This document shows positions 27,773 through 38,355 of a DNA stretch of 64,000 bases, piece by piece (positions within the stretch are counted from its first letter, which is position 1; each line of letters begins with the position of its first letter). Below the pieces are notes generated by a model. The model did no database searches. It was not told the DNA's origin and saw nothing but the letters and a program-made list of their open reading frames with translations. The stretch is taken from the NCBI GenBank assembly GCA_963819815.1, contig CAWFXL010000001.1:448001-512000 (forward strand), read 5' to 3'. Source of the stretch: an uncultured bacterium (GTDB lineage: Bacteria; Babelota; Babeliae; Babelales; Babelaceae). The position numbers were made by a program, and so were the translations under genes.

Positions 27773-29929
27773 CTAACGTGTCTTTCTTGCTTTTTTATCA
27801 TGATGTTCAAGAAGATCATCTCTATCATCATCTTGATCGGCGCTATTTTGAAAAACTTCATGTTGTTCTGAATGCGCCGTCTCATAATCTCTATATTCCT
27901 GAATATAACGGTCCTGTGCTTCATCTAGTCCTTCAGCAATTAATCTTCTGATCTCTTCTGTTCCTTCATCAGTTCTAAAAAAGTTTTTAATGGCTTTGGG
28001 ATCATCTTCCTCGACGATCTTCTGGGCAGTATCAATGACACGAGTAAAGAGATACTCAAGAGCAAGAGGTTTTGCTGCGGAGAGCACCGATTGCATATCG
28101 TATGCATACGTTCCTTCAGGTCTTAGGCTATTGAGTGTATTAAACAAGGCACCCAGTTGAGGTCTATTCGCGCTAGCCAAAAACATAGTGACTGCATGGT
28201 CGCATATCTCAGGAGATTGCATAAAGATTTCCTCAATAACAAGCAGAGGGATATCAATTGGCCTGAATAGTGTAAGAAGTTGTACTATTCTTTTATGGGC
28301 AATCCGCGTACATATGGTTGACTGTCTACAAAACCGGTAGCAATTCTTTATAAGATATTTTAACATAACAGGTATATCCACCACCTCACGTTCACCAACA
28401 TCCCATTCGTTATCTCTGAGAGAACCAAAAACAACTTCCATAGCTCTTTTAAAGTGGAGATCTTCTTCCCCTTGTACAGAGGGAATACCTTCTTTAGCTT
28501 TCATCAATAACTCGGTGCACGGAACAGAAAGAGAACACAGGGCAGCCTCTAGCTCAGTGTGCATAGCTATATCATCACGAGAAGCAGCATTTTCATAGGC
28601 CCCAGTACATGGTTGTGCTCCATGAGCAAGCAATGCGGCAACGCAGCGAGCACAGCCGTTGGATGCAGCTGAGAAGAGTAAGCTAGCTTCGCTTGAACAG
28701 CTCCTAACAGAAACGCCTTTTTGAAGAAGCAGTTCAACGATCGAACACATGTTATGTACTACAGCTGTATGAAGGGGACTAAACGCTACTAATTCTGAGT
28801 TTATGTCACTTCCTTTAGAAGGAGCTTCTATATGAGCTCCATGATCGATGAGAAGGCGTGCAATCTCCTCACTTCCTAATGATAGAGCATAATTAAGAGC
28901 CGTGATAGCAAGTATTATATCGCGATTATCAGCCATAAAATAAATATTTGGGTTAGCTCCTGCAGCGAGAAGCTTTTGAACCATTGCTGTATCCTTATTT
29001 TGGATTGCACGTTTCCAAGGGGGAAGGGGGTGGTAACCGTCTCGACCTTCATACAGAGTACTGGGATTTGCACCTGCCTCAAGAAGAATATCAAAACAGT
29101 CCATATGGCCCTTTGTATAGGCTATTCCAAGCGCGGTAATGTACCCATTTGGCGTTACCGCTACTTGGGCATTTGGATTTGCCCCTGCTGCGAGTAACAA
29201 TCTCACTATATCGGCCCGACCGTATTCGCATGCTGTATAGAGATATGCATCTTTTGTAACATCTGCCTTTGCCTCAAGAGCCATCTGTACACAAGTTATA
29301 TCTCCCTGCTGGATAGCCCGTTTAATAAGAAGTGCAGTGGTTGTTTTTGCACCGTCATGTTTAAGGCTCGCACCTAATCCAATAAGTTTGCGAAATATGT
29401 CGTTATCACGCTCGCTTATCGCTTTTATTAACCATTTTTGTAATGCAACAAGCGTTTCGGTCGTAATATTTGCACCTCGATTCAGAAGGGTATCCATGAT
29501 ATTCCAGGACTGGTAGGTTGCTGCTAATTCAAGAGGAGTCTTCATATGTATCCTTGCAACGCAGGCGTACCAGGGGAGTATTTTGTCAAGATCCTGAGAT
29601 GTTTCTGCGTGTTCAAGATGGGCGTCAATTTCTTTTGCAATCTTAAGAGTTTTTTTTATACCCAATTCTAAAAGAGCTTGCACACAACGTGGGCTTCCGA
29701 GCTCGAGCGCAAGATGTATCAGATTATGTCCATTAACCGTGGTTTCTGCAATAGAAGAAAGCTTTTCGCTCGCAAAGCAATCTCGAAGGAGCTCTGGATC
29801 ATCATTTCTAAGAGCCGCTAGGACTCGTTCTTCTTCGACGCCATTAATGGCTTGTTTTTCAGATACCAATGGCTGAGAAGCTTGTGTGCCAGATGCTATA
29901 CATAGTATGGCGATAATTAATTGTTTCAT
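27773..29929 (-). CDS. Secreted ankyrin repeat protein with shared family C-terminal domain
   Basis: Signal ending TQA-S; ankyrins; similar layout to 8462; ends KKARKTR. Confidence 0.92.
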   Translation of the reverse strand: MKQLIIAILCIASGTQASQPLVSEKQAINGVEEERVLAALRNDDPELLRDCFASEKLSSIAETTVNGHNLIHLALELGSPRCVQALLELGIKKTLKIAKEIDAHLEHAETSQDLDKILPWYACVARIHMKTPLELAATYQSWNIMDTLLNRGANITTETLVALQKWLIKAISERDNDIFRKLIGLGASLKHDGAKTTTALLIKRAIQQGDITCVQMALEAKADVTKDAYLYTACEYGRADIVRLLLAAGANPNAQVAVTPNGYITALGIAYTKGHMDCFDILLEAGANPSTLYEGRDGYHPLPPWKRAIQNKDTAMVQKLLAAGANPNIYFMADNRDIILAITALNYALSLGSEEIARLLIDHGAHIEAPSKGSDINSELVAFSPLHTAVVHNMCSIVELLLQKGVSVRSCSSEASLLFSAASNGCARCVAALLAHGAQPCTGAYENAASRDDIAMHTELEAALCSLSVPCTELLMKAKEGIPSVQGEEDLHFKRAMEVVFGSLRDNEWDVGEREVVDIPVMLKYLIKNCYRFCRQSTICTRIAHKRIVQLLTLFRPIDIPLLVIEEIFMQSPEICDHAVTMFLASANRPQLGALFNTLNSLRPEGTYAYDMQSVLSAAKPLALEYLFTRVIDTAQKIVEEDDPKAIKNFFRTDEGTEEIRRLIAEGLDEAQDRYIQEYRDYETAHSEQHEVFQNSADQDDDRDDLLEHHDKKARKTR

Positions 29930-29974
29930 GGTGGTCCTTGATAGGGGTACTTTATCTGTGAATTACGTACTCCA

Positions 29975-30002
29975 AGTGTACTTATTTTTTTCAAATTGTC
30001 AA
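29975..30002 (-). promoter_or_regulatory. Putative sigma70-type promoter for the 29929..23318 gene cluster
   Basis: Minus strand TTGACA-16 nt-TACACT, about 45 bp upstream of ATG 29929. Confidence 0.55.
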
Positions 30003-30360
30003 ATAAAATACGAGTTTTGAATAGTTCCTGAAAGCCTCATACCAAAGATCTTGGGAGCTATATCCTGCAAACATGGTACCTATTACATTGAAGCAACCCC
30101 ACTATCGCCCATTAACTACCTCGAGAAATGAGCTACAGTATATTCTGCTGCTCCTATCCTCGCTATTGCAAACTAGCTAATATCAATGTGCCGTAGGGAG
30201 TCTGTTCACTTGCCAAGGAAGTATCAATTCGATCGATAAAACAGGTGGTTCAACAGCACCTAGATAATCGGCAATGGGCTAGAGGGGTTCTGATTGAAAT
30301 TCTTGGTGAGAAATTCATGATGAGGTATTTCTGCCTCGAAACTACTCGTACAATTCCATA

Positions 30361-30399
30361 CTGGGCTGAACAGCATTTACAAAATAGTGTTCAGCCCAG
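30361..30399 (-). terminator. Stem-loop just downstream of 30407, probable intrinsic terminator
   Basis: Perfect 12-bp inverted repeat CTGGGCTGAACA / TGTTCAGCCCAG, 7 bp after the stop; no clear U tract. Confidence 0.55.
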
Positions 30400-30406
30400 C
30401 GAATAG

Positions 30407-31297
30407 CTAAAGAAGAAGACAGGAGGAGATAGCTGGTTCTGCATTCCTTTTACGGGCCGCAGCATCTGCTTGTCTTCTTTTAATAGTAGCTGCTACTTCA
30501 GGTGCTAAAGCTTCGGGATGACTGGTATGTAATGCGAGGGTAGCATTCTCAACGTCCAATAAGGCTTTTTCTGATGTATCATATTCATTTTGTGCCCTAT
30601 TGAAATCATCTTGTGCGAGAGTTAACTTATCCGCTAGTTTCTCATGAGTATCACCCAAGTTTCTTAAATGTATCTTGAAGTCATCGATAATCTTTCGCTG
30701 GCTCGCTTGATTAGGTACAAGCAATTTAGCTACTTCTCGATGATCACGTATAATAGCTTCATCTGAATACATTGAATCTATCGATCCCTCAGACATAAGA
30801 TCTTCACTTGAGGCGTGTGATGCCTGTTGGTCTACCGGTGATTGCACATCATCATCCCATTCAAGAAGAATAACGTTTTCGTTCCGCAGCCTCTTTACTT
30901 CTTGGATCATTCTCTGAAGATCTTCTTCATGAAATACTTTGTTTCGAGAAGCTAACTCGATGGCATGTGTACTTTTGTAGAGGAGCTCGCTCACCGTATC
31001 TTTAAGCCTGGTGAGAACTTCTAGGTTGTCCCTGAGCTCATTCAGTTTGTGTAATTTTTCATCACGCTTAGCAAGGAGGTTTTTCACCGTTTGCTCAGTG
31101 ATATCTGAATGAACGTTTGACTGGGCTGCAAGAGCATTGGCATCCTCAATAATTTTAACCGTGTTTGCTAAAATATTGGTAGTGCTAGTGCTTGAACGGG
31201 AGCTTAAACTTGACGCCTGTTCTGATACATAACTAGCCTTTAGCGATACAATGCATGATAGTGCTATTAAAAGTCCCATACCATAATATATCTTCAT
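30407..31297 (-). CDS. Secreted coiled-coil protein with C-terminal CaaX motif (CLLL)
   Basis: GAGG RBS; signal ending LKA-S; heptad-like helices; ends ARKRNAEPAISSCLLL. Confidence 0.85.
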   Translation of the reverse strand: MKIYYGMGLLIALSCIVSLKASYVSEQASSLSSRSSTSTTNILANTVKIIEDANALAAQSNVHSDITEQTVKNLLAKRDEKLHKLNELRDNLEVLTRLKDTVSELLYKSTHAIELASRNKVFHEEDLQRMIQEVKRLRNENVILLEWDDDVQSPVDQQASHASSEDLMSEGSIDSMYSDEAIIRDHREVAKLLVPNQASQRKIIDDFKIHLRNLGDTHEKLADKLTLAQDDFNRAQNEYDTSEKALLDVENATLALHTSHPEALAPEVAATIKRRQADAAARKRNAEPAISSCLLL

Positions 31298-31306
31298 AAT
31301 AATTCC

Positions 31307-32209
31307 TCATGTAAGAGTTTTAGATTGCAGCTTTTGGATGAGTTCCTCATTGATCCTAAGTATCTCTTGAGCCTCAGCATGTCGTTTTTGAGCTGTCTCA
31401 ATCTCACGATTTACCGCTTCTGCTCGACTGCGATGATGCTGAGCGTCTGTTGCAAGTAAGTTTAATAAAGGAACGGTAGTTTCCATCATGTTGCAAAGCA
31501 ATCTATATTTTGTAAGAATACAAACCAGCCGAGCTCGTTCAGCATCCATGATCTGTTGAAATCTTTCATCAGCTATTTTTTCTATTTGTTCAAAATCGTC
31601 CAGAGAGTCATCAGCATCGTTATCATTAGTATCCACCAAATTCCTTGCTACGTTGCTTGATAGAGATAGTTGATAGAGAAGCCCCTGAATTTTTCTTATA
31701 TGTTCATCGTCTACGGTCACATTTGGTTCGCTTTCAAGAAGCATGGTGTGCATAATCTTGATGATACTTTGAATGGTCGCTATCCTATGCGAAGGTACCT
31801 CACCATTCTGTAACGATAGCTCATTTACTCTTGTGCTTATCTGCTCACACTCCTTGTGGAAATCATCTCGGAAGGTTGCCAGTCTTGCTAATGTTGCCTG
31901 ACAAAACAACTCCGCTTCAGTGCTTTTCTTAGCCTGAGCATTAAGGACTTGTAATTCAGCGATAAGTTTAACCGGCTTTCTACGAGCTTCCTCAATGAGG
32001 GAAAGAGGCATGCTTGCATCAAGCAAACTAACAGCTTTATCCCGCTCTGCACGAGATATGCTTTGCCTTTTTAAGAGGGACTCAGCATAGTCAATTGGAT
32101 TAGGTTGCTTAACTGGTGTTGTACGAATAACCGAAGAAACCATACTGTGACTACTTGCCCGTAAAGAACAAACCGTAAGAAGTAGGATTAAAGTGCTACA
32201 AATCTTCAC
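31307..32209 (-). CDS. Secreted coiled-coil protein
   Basis: GTG start with AAGGAG RBS; signal ending LRA-S; helical, charged; 9 bp from the next gene. Confidence 0.85.
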   Translation of the reverse strand: MKICSTLILLLTVCSLRASSHSMVSSVIRTTPVKQPNPIDYAESLLKRQSISRAERDKAVSLLDASMPLSLIEEARRKPVKLIAELQVLNAQAKKSTEAELFCQATLARLATFRDDFHKECEQISTRVNELSLQNGEVPSHRIATIQSIIKIMHTMLLESEPNVTVDDEHIRKIQGLLYQLSLSSNVARNLVDTNDNDADDSLDDFEQIEKIADERFQQIMDAERARLVCILTKYRLLCNMMETTVPLLNLLATDAQHHRSRAEAVNREIETAQKRHAEAQEILRINEELIQKLQSKTLT

Positions 32210-32895
32210 GTGAGCTCCTTAAGATATTTAAGAAAGGTTAGTCATACTTGTAAGTACCACAAACCCGAAAACACCGACTGTGAGTGGGCTTACTATGAGT
32301 ACTATATGATTACATATCGGTTGAAAAATCTCCATAGGATGTACCTCGAACTGCGGTATACCTAAACTCACCAAACTTTTTAACTCGCGAAAGCAAACCA
32401 GGCTGCAGCTTAGATTCTTCAGTTTTTCTTCTGATGAATGGTGCGCCTTATAGGCTTTTTCTAACTTCGTTTTTTCATCTGACATCATGTATTTGCTGTA
32501 GCGCACATCATGCTCTCTATACAAACGCTTCAATTGAGTCAAAATCCCACCCTGAAACAAAAAATGGGTACGACGTGTAAAAACGAACACTACGGATTTC
32601 ATGACAACTCCAAGATACCTACTTCTAACATAATCATTACTTACTGTACCGGAGTATACCCTTCTTTTATAAAGAGGCAATACCGAAATTTGCATTTGAG
32701 AATTCTGCACCTCAGATACCGAGATACTAGTCTGCAGACTGAGTTAATCACCCTCTTCGATATATATCCCTGTGCGTGGTAAACCACTCTTGGGAAGATC
32801 GCCCTCCAGCAAGATTCTAGAGAAAAAATTATGCTTGATTCTAACCTCAGTGAGCTATGAATCAATCCAAATAGCAGTGTCATAATGCTACAGTA

Positions 32896-35800
32896 TCACA
32901 ACTCAGATTCCGAATCGTCCTCTTGATCATGCTCATAGAAGAGATTGAGTTTCTCCAAGACATCTGCGGCCAAAACTTCCTGAGCCTTGCGGACGTAGTT
33001 CTCATTCTTACCTACTTTGAAGAGCCTTTCATATAAATTGAGAGCATCTTCAGGGCTGCAGCGAACACCCGGTCCCCCATTTACATATATGTCTGCGAGT
33101 CGGAAACAAGCCTCTTCAAGAAGGAGAGGATCATTTGCTTCTTCTGCAACGGTCTTAAAATATTCATGAGCACGCTCGCAGTTAACACTCACAGCTTTGG
33201 TTCCACGGTAAAACTGTTGACCAAGCGCTAAATGGGCTTTCAGCTGCTTATCAATGGTTTTCTTTGCTAATGAAACTGCGTTAGTGTCGTTCTCAAAAAC
33301 AAGAGCCGCATTTTTTGCTGGATCTCCTTCTATCTTCTCATACAGACGAGCTGTCCAGTAGCATGCTTCTGCTTGTGCATAATAATTATATGACTGGTTT
33401 TTAGCATGAGCATAATGCTCTAAAGCTTTTCTTAGTGAGGATTCTTCATTGCTCCCGGCACTCTCGAAACAGAGACGACCTAGGTATACCTCTGCCAACG
33501 CCCTCACCCAATTGTTGCATTCTTGCCCTACGGCCTTAGAAAAATATTTCTGCGCGAGAGAACTATTCCGATCATTAAAATAGATTTTCCCTAGTCGATA
33601 CCAAGCTTCTGCACGTAGATACTTATCTTTTGAATCAGCTACTTTGAGAAAGCATTCAACCGCCTCTTCTTCCTGACCCTCGTGAAGGTGCACTCTACCG
33701 AGAAATAACAGAGTAAGAAGGTCTTGGCTTTCGCATTCTACACCAAGAGTTAGCGCAGCATCGAGATGAAACATATCATCCTTTTGTAACTCTCTAAGAC
33801 CAATGCGTAGCAGATAGAAATGTGCAGCAACTTTGCACCCAACTGCCGGTTTAGTAATAAGTAAGATCCGATTGAAATAATCCAATGCTTTCGCCTGAGA
33901 TCTAACTATAGGACCTAAACCATAGTAATGGATCTCGCCAAGACGCAGGAGTGCTAAAGCTTTAAGTTCATCATTGGCATTTTTTTCGACTTTCTCGTAA
34001 TAGGAGACGGCTTCTCTAGGATCATAAGGTACACCATTTCCGCGTAGGAGCATTTCTCCAAGTAGGTACATTGATGGTAAGGTATGCGGATTTTCTTTTT
34101 GAGCAGCCCCCTCTACAAAACAGTCATACGCCTCTTTATAATTACCCTTTCTATAATGTATAAGTCCCCTTTTAAAAGCACCAACCTCTAAGTCCTTTGC
34201 GGTATCTTCTTTTGAGTTACTTAAAAAGCCCTGTGCAAGAAGCAGTTCGCCATCCGTCCCGCCTGTATCATTGTCAGATTGTGCTCGTAAAAATACTTCT
34301 ACAGGACGTTGTTCCCTTGTGGAAGATGATTGTGCGGAGACACGTAATGGCCTTGACGGTGTGCTTGAAGAGCGCACGAGAGATTCCTTGTTCTGTTTTA
34401 AAACTTTATAGATTCTAAAGAAAGCTTTGCTGGTGCTTGATGAAGAAGGGGAATATGAATCATCGAACTCTGGTAAGGTCGGTATTTCCATACCAATATC
34501 TTCAGTAGCCCTACGAATTGATGAAAATGAGCGGTTTAAGTACGTAGACAATTCTCCTGGCAAGCTCTCAAAAAGTTCTCGCATATGAGGTTTTCTTAAG
34601 AATGTTTGCACGGGTTCACCAGAGCGAATGTTCTTAAGAATGTGGAACAGGCAGATGCCTTGTGTAAGAGTAAGGTTATCCAGGAGAGCTTCAGTAATAG
34701 TTTTGTCATAATAATGCCACATCGTTATATTTCCTTCTGCATCAGCACCAATACACACAGATCCATTGGGACTTATATAGAAAGCACTTGGCTTATTTCG
34801 TGGTTCAGCGCACACATAATTTCCTTCAGTAGGAACAAATCGCGGAATTCTATCGGGTCCAATTTCTACGGTGTCACCCATCACCCTTCCTTGTACAAAT
34901 TTTTCTATAAAATCGCTTAGTTTGGTGTCACAAAAAACAGATGTTTCGTCCTTCACCACTTCTTGGAACCTACCATACGAAACAAACGTTCGACTAGTAT
35001 TCTGCATGGTTCCTTTTTGCTCTGTTTGCCCCGTCTGACAATTCCAGATGCGTGCTTCACGACGAGATGAAATGGTGATGAGTTTTGATCCATTGGGGTA
35101 ATAATGTGCAATGTCGGTAAGCTCCGTATTCTGTCCAATACGTACCCCATTTTCACATCGATAAAAATAGAGTTCACCATCTTTGTACAGCTCCACAAGA
35201 ACTTTTCCTTCATCGGCAAAAACTAATGCCGTACGACCCCCTTTGGAGCGAGCTTTTTCCTTCTTAGAAACTACCTCAGCTAGTGTGCGCAGCGCCATGT
35301 CAGGCATAGTAGCTAAAAGAATTTTCTCATCAACACCTAGGGCGAAAGTTCCTTGGTCAGAGACCGCAACCGCCCAAATTCTTGTACTTTCTTGTACTGT
35401 TTTCTCCCATTCACTAGGGGTAATCTTCGTCATAGCAGTGGTGTCCCAAAGATCAATTGATTGATCGCCCCAAACGATGATTTTTCGTCCCTGGTAGAAC
35501 TTTAAACCACGTACTGAATAGTCAAGTGATATACGGCTTATGCGTCGGACCTTTCGCAGATCCCATACCTCTAAAAGGCTTCTGGATTTTTTTTGCATGC
35601 CACACACGACAGCGTACTCACCAGAAGCATCGATATCCAGGTGAAGAGGCGTATAGTCAAGCTTAAACTCAGTACAGAGACAAGCGCGTAGGAAATGAAG
35701 ATCCTTGTGTGGAATGAACTGAACTGGCTCCCCCTCCATATCTTTACCAATACCTGTGGCGTAGATAAACTCAGGATCTTCTAGGTAGTTGCTCATGAGG

Positions 35801-36258
35801 ATGTCGCGTCGTAGTAAGGTGCATAAGGCCTCTTTCAAAAAAGGCACCAAGCAATAGAGTTCCATTTTCAGGATACTTTGGTACAGTTCATCAAGTGTCT
35901 GTAGCATACCTCGTAAGGTTTCAGCAGTAGGCTGCGTATCAGAATCTAAACCCATAAACTCCATGAGCTTATTTCTCATATTCTCATGATCTTGAGTTGC
36001 ATATGTCCTTAATAGGGAATCGATTCTCACTAATGGCTGTAAGAGTAGGGGAAGTTGAATTAGGGGTGGAAACTGCGTCTGATTAAGGATAATCCCTAAG
36101 AGCCAGCGGGACTCCTGCACCCACGACTTGCCAAGGCTGAACGGCTTATTGTCAAGACTTGATGCTTCAAATCCCTGGATGCGCGGTTTTACGATCTGTG
36201 CAGCAAATACGTGGCTCGTTATGAAAAGACAGAAGAAAATTTTACAAGATACATTCAT
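32896..36258 (-). CDS. Secreted multidomain protein: BTB/Skp1-like, WD40-like propeller, Sel1-like repeats
   Basis: Start moved to MNVSCKIFF (AAGGA upstream); paralog of 3172 (SLDNKPFSL, SIDLWD, ARIWNCQ, LGEMLLRGNGV, LGEIHYYGLG) without the tandem repeats. Confidence 0.85.
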   Translation of the reverse strand: MNVSCKIFFCLFITSHVFAAQIVKPRIQGFEASSLDNKPFSLGKSWVQESRWLLGIILNQTQFPPLIQLPLLLQPLVRIDSLLRTYATQDHENMRNKLMEFMGLDSDTQPTAETLRGMLQTLDELYQSILKMELYCLVPFLKEALCTLLRRDILMSNYLEDPEFIYATGIGKDMEGEPVQFIPHKDLHFLRACLCTEFKLDYTPLHLDIDASGEYAVVCGMQKKSRSLLEVWDLRKVRRISRISLDYSVRGLKFYQGRKIIVWGDQSIDLWDTTAMTKITPSEWEKTVQESTRIWAVAVSDQGTFALGVDEKILLATMPDMALRTLAEVVSKKEKARSKGGRTALVFADEGKVLVELYKDGELYFYRCENGVRIGQNTELTDIAHYYPNGSKLITISSRREARIWNCQTGQTEQKGTMQNTSRTFVSYGRFQEVVKDETSVFCDTKLSDFIEKFVQGRVMGDTVEIGPDRIPRFVPTEGNYVCAEPRNKPSAFYISPNGSVCIGADAEGNITMWHYYDKTITEALLDNLTLTQGICLFHILKNIRSGEPVQTFLRKPHMRELFESLPGELSTYLNRSFSSIRRATEDIGMEIPTLPEFDDSYSPSSSSTSKAFFRIYKVLKQNKESLVRSSSTPSRPLRVSAQSSSTREQRPVEVFLRAQSDNDTGGTDGELLLAQGFLSNSKEDTAKDLEVGAFKRGLIHYRKGNYKEAYDCFVEGAAQKENPHTLPSMYLLGEMLLRGNGVPYDPREAVSYYEKVEKNANDELKALALLRLGEIHYYGLGPIVRSQAKALDYFNRILLITKPAVGCKVAAHFYLLRIGLRELQKDDMFHLDAALTLGVECESQDLLTLLFLGRVHLHEGQEEEAVECFLKVADSKDKYLRAEAWYRLGKIYFNDRNSSLAQKYFSKAVGQECNNWVRALAEVYLGRLCFESAGSNEESSLRKALEHYAHAKNQSYNYYAQAEACYWTARLYEKIEGDPAKNAALVFENDTNAVSLAKKTIDKQLKAHLALGQQFYRGTKAVSVNCERAHEYFKTVAEEANDPLLLEEACFRLADIYVNGGPGVRCSPEDALNLYERLFKVGKNENYVRKAQEVLAADVLEKLNLFYEHDQEDDSESEL

Positions 36259-36650
36259 GGGCATCCTTCTTTTTTCTGAGATCGTTGAAAGAACGAATGA
36301 CACCATATCAAGAAAATATAAAGTTAGCAAATCATGCACTAGCTGAAGTGCACAAAGGATCAGTTTTCATCTTTTTATAAAAACTCCCCAATACATGGCA
36401 TGAACCTAACTGATAAGGGTTAAAAGGCGTGACGTCGATGTAATATCGCTCTCTAACTCATAGTAAGTAACTTTTTGAAACAGTCCATCTAAGTCTCAAT
36501 CTAAGCGTAGATAACCCTAGAAAGAAATTCATTGAGCCATTGACGCACTCCCCATACATGAATTTATTTTATTCGTGGGATTAGCCAGTTCAAAAAAAAT
36601 TGTACAATAGCTTAATTTACCCAGCACAAAGCTCTTTTGGATGTTCGATG

Positions 36651-37613
36651 TCAAAAAACTTCTGGTGAATGCTGTTCAGAATTCTCGGGATTGTGCACGA
36701 GATATTCAGCTTCAAGGTAAGCTATCAGATCGAATATGCTTGGAGCGCTACTTCGCAAATAGAGATTTGAGGCGATCTGTAAGGTAATTTCCTCAAAAAA
36801 TAGTTGCCTAAAAGTTTGAGGAGCTAACTCAGGATTAAGAAGTATTTTTATTTTCGGGGTTAAAAGCTGAGGCCTTTCTGCTAATAAAAGATCGCAAAGC
36901 TCATGAAGAAGCTTTGACATCGTATTTTCTAATGCTTGAACTGCATAAAATTGTGCCCTGAGAACTTGAGGTGTTGGGCTTAGAATAGCACTTTTGAGTT
37001 CCCCAAAAAAAATCTGCATTAAGGCATCATGCCATGGCTCAATAGCACACAATCTATCTACGTAGCTATATTCAGTAAAATCAGGAACTGTTTCTTTAAA
37101 CCTTCCGTTCAAATCTGTCAGCAGTCGATGTATAGTCTTATACGCCTCTTCAAAGTTTTCAGGCTGTGAATAGCGATTTATAACCATAATAAAGAGCAAC
37201 TCTTTTGCCAATGACATATTTTGTTCTTGAAACGCCGTGTAAAGATCCATCCGGCTCTTTGGGTTGGTCAATAAGAAATTTTGGTCAACGAGTGGTAGAT
37301 CTTCATTCGTTGGAGAATTTTCTTTGTCACAGTAGATAGCTGACGAATCGGACGTACTGCTTGAAAGAATTTTTCGGTATTTGCTATGCGCACCCTCTGG
37401 CGACCTGTTTTCTTGATGCAGCTCACTAGGTTTTAGGGCTTCTTTTTTTTGTGGCGAGTGAATCCGTTCTCGACTCACACAATCCTGTAAAACCCTGCCC
37501 AAAGCACGTGGTTCGGAGGTTGAGCTCGTTGCGCGAGAAGAACTCATACAAGAGCTAGAAATCGTTTGGCCCATGAGGCAAAGGAGCGATGCCACGTAAA
37601 TGATAGTGTTCAT
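36651..37613 (-). CDS. Secreted hypothetical protein with Ser-rich disordered N-terminus and helical C-terminus
   Basis: 320 aa ORF with a hydrophobic N-terminus; no recognisable domain. Confidence 0.8.
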   Translation of the reverse strand: MNTIIYVASLLCLMGQTISSSCMSSSRATSSTSEPRALGRVLQDCVSRERIHSPQKKEALKPSELHQENRSPEGAHSKYRKILSSSTSDSSAIYCDKENSPTNEDLPLVDQNFLLTNPKSRMDLYTAFQEQNMSLAKELLFIMVINRYSQPENFEEAYKTIHRLLTDLNGRFKETVPDFTEYSYVDRLCAIEPWHDALMQIFFGELKSAILSPTPQVLRAQFYAVQALENTMSKLLHELCDLLLAERPQLLTPKIKILLNPELAPQTFRQLFFEEITLQIASNLYLRSSAPSIFDLIAYLEAEYLVHNPENSEQHSPEVF

Positions 37614-37965
37614 GGATTCTTGCTTTCTGAAAATAGAGTATACTGAATTACATGATCTAAATACTTGTATCTAGTGCATACATTTTCAATTCTATCAACC
37701 CAGCCCTAATCGTCAAACTTTATAGGAATCTGTTTAGCCAATTTTTGTCCTAGTTTAATAAAGCTTCAAAACAGTGAGCGGGCTTTCTCAAGAATTCTAT
37801 GAGTGAAAAAAGCATGCCGGCTTAATAACAGAAAACCGTGAGCCGATTAGACTCCCTCAACAACTCATCGTAGAAATTTCATCATTACCTGTAAAAGTCA
37901 TGACCGTATACTGCCATTTTTGTTCCACACGATAAGAAATTCTTGCGCTACACTTGAAGGCAAAC

Positions 37966-37993
37966 TTGACAATTTGGCAAAAAATGCTATTCT
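37966..37993 (+). promoter_or_regulatory. Putative sigma70-type promoter
   Basis: TTGACA-16 nt-TATTCT with TG extended -10; about 360 bp upstream of 38356. Confidence 0.45.
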
Positions 37994-38355
37994 GATCTCT
38001 ATATATGTATATGCACCTATTCGAAGATACCTAGTATGAAGTAATCCCTGAAATACGTCTGATATAAAGAAACTTTGTATATACCAAATAAGACCAAAAG
38101 ATAGCCATCTCTATGAAATTCAGTCATAAAGTTATCATAAGCTGAAATAAGACGTTTAACACCATTGGGTGTAAAAGAAGCTCCAGAGCATTGTATGGAA
38201 GAATATATACAGCATGCATCGCAGATAACGGCAGTCTCTGAGTCACTATTTCATAAAGAGAGACTGAAGACACAGATGATATCCAAGAACATCGTGATAC
38301 ATGGTAGAAAATAAAGTAATAACTCATACATAATTTTACACTGAAGGAACGTCAC

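Noticed and set aside
32228..32883. Overlapping 80-160 aa ORFs between the Sel1 gene and the coiled-coil operon
   Set aside because: No RBS, signal peptide or domain recognised; possibly decayed DNA.
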